A stretch of DNA of 64,000 nt, taken from the NCBI GenBank assembly GCA_963850305.1, contig CAWKKR010000008.1, forward strand, positions 1,152,001-1,216,000. Reading direction: 5' to 3'. This DNA is from an uncultured delta proteobacterium. GTDB taxonomy: Bacteria > Myxococcota_A > Polyangia > Polyangiales > Polyangiaceae. The notes under the pieces are model-generated. The model saw nothing but the letters and a program-made list of their open reading frames with translations. It had not been told where the DNA came from and made no database searches. Below are positions 33,452-42,333 of this stretch, piece after piece. A program made the position numbers and the translations under genes. Position 1 is the stretch's first letter; each line of letters begins with the position of its first letter.

Positions 33452-33473
33452 GTCCTCCCGCCGGGTTTGTCGC

Positions 33474-33818
33474 ATGACCCTGCCGGGAGGACGCGTGATC
33501 CCGACGGGAGGACGCGTGATCCCGACGGGAGGACGCGTGATCCCGGCGGGAGGACGCGTGATCCCGGCGGGAGGACGCGTGATCCCGACGGGAGGGTGCA
33601 TGATCCCGGCGGGAGGACGCGTGATCCCGGCGGGGAGGGTGCATGACCCTGTCGGGAGGACGCGTGATCCCGGCGGGGAGGGTGCATGACCCTGTCGGGA
33701 GGACGCGTGATCCCGGCGGGAGTGTCGATGATCCCGGCGGGAGGACGCGTGATCCCGGCGGGAGTGTCGATGATCCCGGCTGGGAGGACGCGTGATCCCG
33801 ACGGGAGGACGCGTGATC
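33474..33818. repeat. 21-bp tandem array (16 units plus a partial), consensus GTGATCCCGRCGGGAGGACGC, each with a TCCCG-N-CGGGA hairpin
   Basis: Counted directly; includes higher-order duplications of unit pairs; no unique spacers. Confidence 0.95.
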
Positions 33819-33853
33819 TGAGCGACCGGGTGCCTGGGTGACGGAATAGACCG
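33818..33853. mobile_element. Isolated second IS481-type end, a perfect 36-bp inverted copy of 33417-33452
   Basis: CTGAGCGACCGGGTGCCTGGGTGACGGAATAGACCG is the exact reverse complement of CGGTCTATTCCGTCACCCAGGCACCCGGTCGCTCAG. Confidence 0.85.
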
Positions 33854-33988
33854 CCTCACCTAACTCACATAGTAGCACGCCCCCTTGTCGACCGCCATTC
33901 GACGCCAACGGCCTGCCCGAGCAGAAGAAGGGCGCGCCGCTCCAGTTTGGGCATGGGCTCCTCGGACCGCACTCCGCCCCCTCGGGTT

Positions 33989-35576
33989 GGGTGGGGATCG
34001 CCGTCGGAGCGCGAGCACCGACGTGATCCGCGGGCCGATTTGCTGATGGGATGAGCCGAATGGAGGGGTCCCCGACGTCGAAGGGTTGCGACACACCAAG
34101 GACGAAAGGAAGCCCGATGGACATCGTGACCCGAACTGCGTTTCTCGCCAAGCCCGAAGTGAAGGAAGTCGTGTGCGATCTGCGACGACTGGTTCGAAGT
34201 GCGCTTCCGCACGGCAATTTTGCAGAACGTGAGGAGGCAGCGCTCACGATCTTCGACGAGGCAATGCGTTCGGTGCTCGAAGAGGAGCTTCAACACGTCG
34301 CCGACGGATTCGGAGATCTCTTGCTGGTCGATGGCGTCGAGTACAAGAAGCACCAGCCCGGCGTCGGCCGGTATCATTGCCTCGGCGGGGCGCTTCACGT
34401 GGCTCGGGATACCTATCGCCGCGTGGGAGTGCACAACGGGCCGACCGTAGTGCCGCTCGAACTCGTCACGGGGTTGGCGGAAGGAGCGACGCCCGCGCTC
34501 GGGTACAACGTGGTGCACGGATACGCGCAGCACGACATGCGATTGCACGGCGAAGCGCTGCTGGCGGCGCACCGGACGCCACCGCCGCGCGCAACCCTGG
34601 AACGGATGGCGAAGCGACTCGCGACGGTGTCGCACGAAGTCACCCCGCGCATCGAGGCGATACTCCGTCGGGCGGAAGCGCTGCCGGACGGCGCCTGCGC
34701 CATCTGCGTCGGACTGGATCGAACGTCGGTCCCGATGGCGGAAGAGCGTCCCGCTGGGGCGTCCCAAGAGCCTCGAAAAGAGCGCCGGAAACCGCGGAAG
34801 CGATGCGCGCCCAAGCCGATCGATGTGAACTTTCGCATGGCTTACGTCGGCACCGTGTCCACCGTCAACGAGCACGGCGAAGCGATCGTCACCCGGCGGT
34901 ACGCCGCACCGGCTTGCGATGAGCCGACCACGCTGGTTGTGCGAATGATGTCCGACGTGCGAGCGGCCATGCGTCGGCAGCCGTCCTTGAACGTCGGCGT
35001 CGTGCAGGACGGCGCACCTGAGATGTGGAACCTCGTGCGCGACGGTCTCGCGAAGCTTCGCGACGAGGGCGCCGTTGCGAGCTGGGAGGAGGGCATCGAC
35101 CGCTATCACCTGCTCGAACGGCTCGGCAACGCGCTGGAAATCATCGAGTCGGACGCAGCGGCGCGCTCGCAAAAGCTCCACGAGTGGAACGAGCAGCTGG
35201 ATCTGAAGGACACGGCGATCGACAGCATCGAACGGGAGCTGGCCAAGCGCTGCGTCGAACTGTCCGAGGTCAAGCAGACCGCCGCGATGGAGCACCTCGT
35301 CTACATCGAGAACAACAAGGACCGCATGCGCTACGTGACCCTCTCCGCTAACGGGCTCCCGATCGGAAGCGGAGTCACGGAGAGCGCAGCAAAGACCGTC
35401 GTCGGGCGACGCGCCAAGAACAGCGGCCAGCGCTGGAGCGAGCCTGGCCTCCGAGGCGTGCTCACGCTGCGAGCCATACACCAGAGCGACCGCCTCCCTC
35501 GATTCTGGAACCATCTGTCACGCCGCTACACGGCCGTCGTCGCGGAGGCGGCGTGATCCGTACGTGGTCCACACCC
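33989..35576 (+). mobile_element. ISKra4/ISLre2-type (Mutator-like) insertion sequence with 8-bp TSD
   Basis: Imperfect TIRs GGGTGGGGATCG... / ...TGGTCCACACCC; direct repeat CTCGGGTT at 33981-33988 and 35577-35584. Confidence 0.88.
34117..35556 (+). CDS. ISKra4/ISLre2-type transposase
   Basis: DGA, D-x-YH, RMRY...GLPIGSGVTESAAKTVV...GQRWS C-terminal signature. Alternative start at 34051. Confidence 0.9.
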   Translation: MDIVTRTAFLAKPEVKEVVCDLRRLVRSALPHGNFAEREEAALTIFDEAMRSVLEEELQHVADGFGDLLLVDGVEYKKHQPGVGRYHCLGGALHVARDTYRRVGVHNGPTVVPLELVTGLAEGATPALGYNVVHGYAQHDMRLHGEALLAAHRTPPPRATLERMAKRLATVSHEVTPRIEAILRRAEALPDGACAICVGLDRTSVPMAEERPAGASQEPRKERRKPRKRCAPKPIDVNFRMAYVGTVSTVNEHGEAIVTRRYAAPACDEPTTLVVRMMSDVRAAMRRQPSLNVGVVQDGAPEMWNLVRDGLAKLRDEGAVASWEEGIDRYHLLERLGNALEIIESDAAARSQKLHEWNEQLDLKDTAIDSIERELAKRCVELSEVKQTAAMEHLVYIENNKDRMRYVTLSANGLPIGSGVTESAAKTVVGRRAKNSGQRWSEPGLRGVLTLRAIHQSDRLPRFWNHLSRRYTAVVAEAA

Positions 35577-35611
35577 CTCGGGTTTCTTCGGCTACCCTCC
35601 CCCACCGACCG

Positions 35612-36248
35612 ATGAAGATCCCCCTCGACCCCGAAGCCCTGCGACGGAATCTCGCAGGTGACCCTCGGTCACTACAACGACAGAGCGGAGTCCTTCGAGG
35701 CAGGCACCCGCGACCACGACGTCTCGCAGAACGTCTCGGCGTTGCTGGGGAGCATCGAGGGTCCGGCACCGTTCACGATCCTCGACCTCGGGTGCGGTCC
35801 CGGCCGTGACCTCATCACGTTTCGCCAGCTCGGGCATGAAGCAGTCGGTCTTGACGGTGCGGAGCGCTTCGTCCAGATGGCCCAAGCGGCCTCGGGCTGC
35901 GAGGTTCTTCACCAGGACTTCCTCGGCCTCGATCTTCCGCGTGAACGGTTCCACGGGATCTTCGCCAATGCGTCCCTCTTCCACGTCCCGACGCAAGAGT
36001 TGCCGAGGGTCCTCCGAGAGCTGCACGAGGCACTTCGACTACGCGGAGTGCTCTTCTGCTCAAACCCTCGCGGCGAGGGCGAGGAGGAATGGCACGGCGA
36101 GAGGTACGGTGCCTACCACGACCTTGTGACCTGGCGGGGGTTCGTGACCGCCGCAGGATTCGAGGAGCTGGAGCACTACTACCGACCGCCAGGCCGTCCC
36201 CGTCACGAGCAGCCGTGGCTTGCCACCGTCTGGCGCAGGGTAGGGTGA
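35612..36248 (+). CDS. Class I SAM-dependent methyltransferase (+1 frameshift near 35648)
   Basis: ILDLGCGPGRD, GLDG, GIFANASLFH. ATG at 35612 joins the frame if GAATC is read as GATC. Confidence 0.88.
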
Positions 36249-36391
36249 TCCTCTCGCAGTGAACCCACCCCTCTCAGAACCGCACGATTGCCTCAGCCTC
36301 CATTGACCCCACGGAGGCGGGCTCTGTTGGATCGTAACCGTCGCGGAATGGACGCCTCCCACGATGGCGCTCGCCGGGCGATGCTCGCCGC

Positions 36392-36703
36392 GTGCCCGTC
36401 CGTCATGATCGCGAGTTCTGGGAGCGTGCGTGCCGCGAGGTTCGGCGCGGCACGAGGACCGCAGACGTCGCCCGACGCCTCGGCGTGAGCGCCCGAACGT
36501 TGCAGTGGTGGAGCTGGAAGCTCCGCCGGCAGCCGACGACGGAACCGGCGGAATTTCTGCCAGTTGTGGTCGCGGAACGTGCGCCGGCCGTCTCGACGGC
36601 AGCGCTCGACCTCGAAGCGAACGGCGTCCGGATCCGTGTCGAGCTCGGCACGGACGTCCAGTACGTCGCGGCGCTCGTCGCCGCGATCCGCGCCGCATGC
36701 TGA
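36392..36703 (+). CDS. tnpA: IS66 accessory protein TnpA (HTH)
   Basis: VARRLGVSARTLQWW, FLPVVV, NGVRIRV; overlaps tnpB start. Confidence 0.8.
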   Translation: MPVRHDREFWERACREVRRGTRTADVARRLGVSARTLQWWSWKLRRQPTTEPAEFLPVVVAERAPAVSTAALDLEANGVRIRVELGTDVQYVAALVAAIRAAC

Positions 36704-36912
36704 CGGTCTCGGCTGGGGCGAAGGTCTACCTGGCGGTCGAGACGGTGGACCTGCGACGCGGGCACGACGGGCTCTGCGCGCTCGTCCGTGGCGCGCTCGG
36801 ACTCGACCCGTACGGTGGACACTTCTTCGTCTTCGTGGGGAAGCGAGGCGACAGGATCAAGATCCTGTTCTGGGATCGCGGCGGCTTCGTCGTCTATTAC
36901 AAGCGCCTTGCC
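36697..36912 (+). pseudogene. tnpB: IS66 TnpB, 3'-truncated
   Basis: VDLRRGHDGL, FVFVGKRGDRIKILFWDRGGFVVYYKRL, then homology stops. Confidence 0.85.
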
Positions 36913-37093
36913 AGTGCCGCAAACGGGTCTTTCCTGTCTTTCTCAGTACCGTTTTTGGTACTTCGATCGGTGATGAGGGTCGGCAAGATGGCCTACCGCG
37001 CCCACAACATCGTGACGGCGGCGCGAGTCAGAATCCAGTCGTTCAACGCCTGGAGGTCAGGCGATCCAAAAGAAAACACGCCGACGTGGATGA

Positions 37094-37510
37094 GTATTTC
37101 TCCAGGACAGGATTCCGAGCGCCACCCCTCTCCATGACGCTTACGCGCTTTTCTCGCCTGGCGGCTGGCCGGGCGGGGTACCATGGGCTTGGCTCGTTCC
37201 TTCTGCCTGGCCGAAGTACAACGTCGCAGTCACGGGGGCCCTTGAGGGCTACGGTAACGCATCCGAAACCATTCCGTTAAATTCCTGTATGGACCTGCCG
37301 TACACTTACTTCGAAAACTTTACCTCGCAGTTTCTCGATGAGGCGGGTCCGGCCTGGAACACATTAAATAACGCCTGCGCGTTAGTTACTTGGAATCTAG
37401 TTGCAGATCCATATAGCCAGCCTTATTCCTGGAGTGGTTCACCAAGCTGCAGTTGGGGCGCGTATACCGCTGGATCTTGCGGCAGCACAAATCTTGTCTG
37501 GTGGCCGTGA
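37094..37510 (+). pseudogene. 3' fragment of an unknown Trp/Cys-rich protein
   Basis: Stop-free frame 37094-37510 in AT-richer sequence; its TGA overlaps the GTG of the next gene. Confidence 0.4.
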
Positions 37511-38724
37511 CAAACTTCGCTTTCGCTGACGAGCAAAGACGAGCACGATCAAATTCGAGCCGCCCCCTTGCGGCGTGGCTCTGTATTGCCGGAGCCGGCT
37601 GTCTTTCCGCGGGGTGCAGGGGCCCCGTAGCTGACGTTCATAACGGCAGCGATGCTTCGGCCGCCGGTGGGGCCGCTTCTGTCGACAGCAGTTCCATCCT
37701 CGAAAGTGCCTCCGATTCGGGCGCGGACGGCGATGGCGACAGCGGGTGCGGACAGCCCGCGTCGACTCCCCTCGCCCTTGCGTCCGGACAAGGCAGCCCG
37801 ACCGCCATTGTCGTGGACCACACAAGCGTGTACTGGACGGATTCCGACAGCGGCACCGTGCTGAAGATCTCCCTCAGCGGCGGGACGCCAACCATGCTCG
37901 CGACCGGGCAGAGTTATCCCAATGGGATCGCCGTGGATGCTACGAGCATCTACTGGACCAATAGCGGCGGCGGCGACGGGACCGGTAGCGTCATGAAGGC
38001 GCCCATCGGCGGCGGGACGCCGATCGCGCTCGCTTCGGCGCAGAACCACGCTGCTGGGATCGCCGTTGACGCGACGAGCGTTTATTGGGTGGACAGCGCC
38101 AACGGCGTGGGCAGCACGGGCAACAACGGCACCGTCATGAAAGTGCCACTTGATGGCGGTGCCACCAAGACGCTCGCGTCGGCGCAACCAGGCCCTCAGG
38201 ACATCACTGTCGATGGCTCGAGCGTGTACTGGACGAACTCTTCCTGCTGCGGCGGCGCCAGCGGCACCGTCATGACCGTGTCCATGGGCGGGGGTGGCGT
38301 TACGACGCTCGCATCAGCATCACCAGGCAACCCTTTTTTCGGCCAACCCGCCCTGATTGGCGGGCAGATAGCCGTGGATAGCACCAGTGTCTACTGGACC
38401 GGTGGAGGAGTGGACGGCCAGAGCGTGATGAAGGTGCCCCGCACGGGAGGCGAGTCCGTCACGCTCGCAGCGGGTCAGATGTTTCCATCCGGCGTCGCCG
38501 TGGACACCACGACTGTGTATTGGACGAATCGTGATGCTTTGCAGGGACCTGGTGTACCCGACACAAACTATTCGGCGGGTTCCATCATGAAGGTGCCTCT
38601 CGTCGGCGGTACTCCCGTGGCAGTCGCCTGCGGCCAGAGCGACCCCTATGCCATCGCCGTAGATTCGACCAGCGTCTACTGGACGAACCCCGAAGGCGGT
38701 ACCGTCATGAAGCTCACGAAGTGA
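37507..38724 (+). CDS. Secreted/lipoprotein beta-propeller repeat protein (DUF5050-like)
   Basis: Seven IAVD-x-TSVYWT...VMKVP-x-x-GG repeats after a signal/lipobox (LSAGC) and a D/S/G linker. Confidence 0.82.
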   Translation: MTNFAFADEQRRARSNSSRPLAAWLCIAGAGCLSAGCRGPVADVHNGSDASAAGGAASVDSSSILESASDSGADGDGDSGCGQPASTPLALASGQGSPTAIVVDHTSVYWTDSDSGTVLKISLSGGTPTMLATGQSYPNGIAVDATSIYWTNSGGGDGTGSVMKAPIGGGTPIALASAQNHAAGIAVDATSVYWVDSANGVGSTGNNGTVMKVPLDGGATKTLASAQPGPQDITVDGSSVYWTNSSCCGGASGTVMTVSMGGGGVTTLASASPGNPFFGQPALIGGQIAVDSTSVYWTGGGVDGQSVMKVPRTGGESVTLAAGQMFPSGVAVDTTTVYWTNRDALQGPGVPDTNYSAGSIMKVPLVGGTPVAVACGQSDPYAIAVDSTSVYWTNPEGGTVMKLTK

Positions 38725-39565
38725 CTCACTTTTAGCGAACTTCCCCGGCTGAAGCGTCTCGCGCCCTTCGCTCACTTCGACGACCGCGGTCAGGTGAAGC
38801 GGTACATCGTGCATCACCTCCGCGCACTCCGCGAAGTGTGCGATGCGGTGTGGTTCGTGTCGACCGCGGGGTTGTCCGAAGCCGAGCTCGACAAGGTCCG
38901 CCCCTGGTGCGAGCGCGCATGGGGTCGTGAGAACGTCGGTTACGACTTTGGCATGTGGCAAGACGCGTTCGGCAAGGTGAACTTCGAGGAGTGGGACGAG
39001 ATCGTGCTAACGAACTCGAGCGTGTTCGGTCCGATCTGGCCGCTCAGCGACGCCTTCGGGCGGATGGCGAACAAGGATTGCGACTTCTGGGGAATGACGG
39101 ACAGCACGTTGTTCGCGTGGCACCTGCAGACTTATTTTCTGGTGTTCCGGCAGAAGCTCGTGCGCTCGGCGTTCTTTCGGGGCTTCTTCCGCGACATGGA
39201 TCCTACGGGGCACAAGCTCGAGGTACATCCAGAAATACGAGGTGGCGCTCTCCGGAGCATTCGTCGCGGCCGGCTATCGCGGCGCAGCCTTCGTCCCTTG
39301 CTCCGAGATCCCACGCTCTTTTCACGCGAAGTGGCGATGGCCGGACTTCAACCCGACGGTCTCGACGCCGATGGCGCTCCTCGCGCGATGGATGCCGTAC
39401 GTGAAGGTGCTGCTCATTCGCGACAACCCGGGACGGATGACGCTCGAGTCCATCTACGAAGTGCTGGACGTCTCCGTTTTCGATCGCTCGCTGATCGAGG
39501 TCGATCCGCGGCGAAGCGATTTCGATATTCCCGAATCGCCGTCCGTTCGTCCGGCGCGTAAATAA
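38721..39565 (+). CDS. Rhamnan synthesis F (RgpF-like) protein (+1 frameshifts near 38732 and 39225)
   Basis: FAHFD, RENVGYDFG, LTNSSVFGP, DFWGMT, HLQTYFLVF, then KYEVALS...PYVK in the next frame. Confidence 0.8.
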
Positions 39566-39647
39566 TTCGAAAACACGACCGCATGCGTTTGCGCTGGCGG
39601 GCCATTTCGTTGGCGCACACCGTTCGCAATGATAAGGCTTGCGGCAA

Positions 39648-40442
39648 ATGGCGTCCGACGCAAATCGCTATCAGACGATTGTCGAACGCCACGGGATGAG
39701 CGGGACACACCGGCAGGTGATCGAGTGGACGCCCCGCGGCGCGGACGTGCTGGAGGTCGGGTGCGCGACGGGATACGTGGGCCGAGCCCTCCGTGAAGAG
39801 AAGGGCTGCCGCGTGACGGGGATCGAGTTCGATTCAGCGGCAGCGGCGGAGGCGCGGGGCAACGGTCTCACCGTCATCGAGGGCTCGCTCGAGGATCAGG
39901 AGTTCCGCAACTCGGTCGCGGAGCGATTCGACGTCGTGGTCGCCGCGGACGTCCTCGAACACTTGCGCGATCCCGCGCCGGTCTTGAATCACTTCAAGCG
40001 GTGGCTTCGAAAGGACGGCGTCGCCATCATCGCGGTGCCGAACGTCGCGGCGTGGAAGATGCGCGCGCAACTCTTTTTTCGTGGAGATTTCGAGTACCAG
40101 GACGCGGGTCTCCTCGACCGGACGCATCTCCATTTCTTCACCTGGGACACGCTGCACCAGCTCGTTCGCGCGCAGGGTTGGGACATCCTTGATACGATGG
40201 TAGAGGGGTGGCAATTGCCGGTCGGCCGAAAGCCGCTGGTGCTCATTCCCCGCGATCTACGCCGGGCAGCTTCGACGCTGTCCACTCTGAAGGGGCCGAT
40301 CGGTACGACGGTTTACCGGGCGCTCGACGGGCTCGCCGGGGGTCTCGTCAAAGGTGGCGACGCGGTTCAGCACGCCGTCTTTCGCCGCTGGCCGAACCTG
40401 TGCGCGGGCCACATCGCTCTGAAGTTGCGCGCCCGAGAGTGA
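39648..40442 (+). CDS. Class I SAM-dependent methyltransferase (glycan-associated type)
   Basis: VLEVGCATG, ADVLEHLRDP, AVPNVA, GLLDRTHLHFFT. Confidence 0.92.
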   Translation: MASDANRYQTIVERHGMSGTHRQVIEWTPRGADVLEVGCATGYVGRALREEKGCRVTGIEFDSAAAAEARGNGLTVIEGSLEDQEFRNSVAERFDVVVAADVLEHLRDPAPVLNHFKRWLRKDGVAIIAVPNVAAWKMRAQLFFRGDFEYQDAGLLDRTHLHFFTWDTLHQLVRAQGWDILDTMVEGWQLPVGRKPLVLIPRDLRRAASTLSTLKGPIGTTVYRALDGLAGGLVKGGDAVQHAVFRRWPNLCAGHIALKLRARE

Positions 40443-40463
40443 GCGACTGACCGCACTGCGCGA

Positions 40464-40520
40464 TCAGAGGCGCAGCAAAAACCCGGACGGGTTGAACGTG
40501 ACGAGGAACCGCTCGCCGTA
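40464..40520 (-). pseudogene. C-terminal remnant of a second CmcI-family gene
   Basis: Translates to YGERFLVTFNPSGFLLRL-stop, matching the end of the gene at 42334-43029 (CERLLVTFNPSGYLLRI-stop). Confidence 0.75.
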
Positions 40521-40638
40521 AGGTGCCGGCGAGGAGCCTGACCGACCCACTCGACGGCTTCCTGCTGGTCGTTCGTCTTGTTGAAGCCCACCTCCGCACA
40601 ACGGGCCGGTAATCTGCTGAGATCGGGCCCCGCCCCGC

Positions 40639-40788
40639 ATGCGACTCCTGCTCGAAGCGCATCACCCTGCGCACACCCATTTCTTCAAAAACTCCGTGGC
40701 GATCTCGAAGAATCGCGTGGACCAAGTCCTGCTCCTCGGGCGCGACCGGGACGTGATGAAGCACCCCACGCCGCCGGCCGCGAAATGA
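40639..40788 (+). pseudogene. Internally deleted DUF354-like glycosyltransferase remnant (49 aa)
   Basis: MRLLLEAHHPAHTHFFKN...VLLLGRDRDV resembles the DUF354 N-terminus; TGA overlaps the flippase ATG (ATGA). Confidence 0.65.
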
Positions 40789-42284
40789 CCGCTGTCGACG
40801 GGCCTGTCGACCCGAAGGCGCTGGGACGCAAGGCGGCTGCAGGAGCCGTCACGCTCATCGCACGCTCGGTCGTCCTGCAGGGCCTCGTGTTCACCGGGAA
40901 CCTGATCCTCGCCCAGATCCTCGATCCGAAGGACTTTGGCATCTTCGCGATCTCGCAATTTGCACTGACGTTCTTCGTCTACTTCGGCGACGCGGGACTG
41001 GGCGCCGCGCTCGTGCAACAGCGCGAAAAGCCGTCGGAGACTACCCTGTCGAGCGTCCTCTGGCTCCAGCTCATCATCTCGGCGGTCGTGATCGCGGTCG
41101 TGTGGGTGCTGTCGCCGCTCTCGAAGCTCGTCTGGCCCGATTTCCCCCCCGGCTCCCAGTGGCTCCTCCGCGCGCTGTCGCTCGAGCTGCTCCTCACCGC
41201 CGCGCGCACCGTTCCCGCGCTGCTCATGGAACGAGAGCTCCTCTTTGGACGCCTCTCTGTGCTGGAGGTGACCAACCAGCTTGCCTTCTACGCCGCCGCG
41301 CTCCCCCTCGGCATACTCGGCTTCGGCGTGCGAGCGCTCGTCGCCGGCGTGCTTGCTCGCGCTACCGTGGGCGTGATCCTGGCTTACGTCCTTCGACCCT
41401 GGCGCCCCCGTCGCGGCATTCACTGGACGCTCCTTCGTCCCATCGTGCGATTCGGGGTCCCTTACCAGATGAAGAACCTGGTCGGCTTCGCGACCGCTGC
41501 GATCTTGCCGGTCTATGCGGGCCACACGCTCGGCGCGCGCGCGGTCGGGCTGATCGGCTGGTCACGCAACCTCTCCAACACACCCCTCAAGCTGGTGGAG
41601 GTGATGGGGCGCGTCGGCTTCCCGCTCTTCTCGCGCTTGCAGAGCAATCCGAAGGCTCTCGGCGAAGCCCTCGGACGCGCGGTGCACGTGTGCGCCGCGG
41701 GAACGCTCCTCTTCGTCGCCGTCGTGCTTGGTTTGGCTCCGCAGATCATACACATCGCGTACCCCAGATGGACCGAGGCCATGGTCCCGCTCTACCTATT
41801 TTCCGGGACGATGGCGCTCGGCTTTCTTACTCCTCTTGCCCAGTCCGCCTTCGATGCCATCGGTCGGCCAAGGGTCTTCCTCTACCTATCCATGGGTTGG
41901 GGATCCGCCATCTGGATACTCGTCCCGATCGCCACACCCCGCTGGGGGATCGTGGGATTCACGGTCGCGTTCATCGTCCCTGTGTTGCTGGGTAACGTCG
42001 TCGTGGCCAAGCTCCTCGGACACGTCTTTCCGACAGCTCGGATCGTTCGCCGCGTCCGCGGCGCGGCGTTCGCCGCGCTCCTCGAGGGGCTGCTCGCGCG
42101 CTTCGGATTCGCACGCTTCATCACGGGGCCGCTCACCCTCGTCCTCGGAGTGGTCGCATGTGTCGCCTGCTTCGTCGCCGTATTGTTCGTCGTCGATCGC
42201 GGAACCTTCACGGACGCCTGGAATTTGCTACGGCGCGAGGCACGACAGCGAGAGGCACTGCGCGCGTCCGCGCCCGAGACATGA
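40785..42284 (+). CDS. Oligosaccharide flippase (Wzx/PST family)
   Basis: LAQILDPKDFG, DAGLGAALVQ, FPLFSRLQ, 12 or more TM segments. Confidence 0.9.
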   Translation: MTAVDGPVDPKALGRKAAAGAVTLIARSVVLQGLVFTGNLILAQILDPKDFGIFAISQFALTFFVYFGDAGLGAALVQQREKPSETTLSSVLWLQLIISAVVIAVVWVLSPLSKLVWPDFPPGSQWLLRALSLELLLTAARTVPALLMERELLFGRLSVLEVTNQLAFYAAALPLGILGFGVRALVAGVLARATVGVILAYVLRPWRPRRGIHWTLLRPIVRFGVPYQMKNLVGFATAAILPVYAGHTLGARAVGLIGWSRNLSNTPLKLVEVMGRVGFPLFSRLQSNPKALGEALGRAVHVCAAGTLLFVAVVLGLAPQIIHIAYPRWTEAMVPLYLFSGTMALGFLTPLAQSAFDAIGRPRVFLYLSMGWGSAIWILVPIATPRWGIVGFTVAFIVPVLLGNVVVAKLLGHVFPTARIVRRVRGAAFAALLEGLLARFGFARFITGPLTLVLGVVACVACFVAVLFVVDRGTFTDAWNLLRREARQREALRASAPET

Positions 42285-42333
42285 AGACATGCCGTTGCGC
42301 CGATCTGGGAAACATGCGAACTAGGCACGCCCG

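Larger units (their letters stand above)
36334..36912 (+). mobile_element. Truncated IS66-family element (left end, tnpA, partial tnpB; no tnpC)
   Basis: Starts with GTAACCGTC (IS66-type GTAA end), followed by tnpA and tnpB homologs. Confidence 0.82.

Noticed and set aside
33474..33818. 21-bp array as a CRISPR array
   Set aside because: Units are contiguous with no unique spacers, and there are no cas genes.
36697..36912. tnpB as an RNA-guided TnpB nuclease
   Set aside because: This is the unrelated IS66 accessory TnpB; there are no RuvC or zinc-finger motifs.
37123..37144. GACGCTTAC as the right end of the IS66 element
   Set aside because: Only a partial match to the left end, the flanks (GTTGGATC vs GCGCTTTT) give no 8-bp TSD, and the site lies in an open frame. 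Left unresolved.
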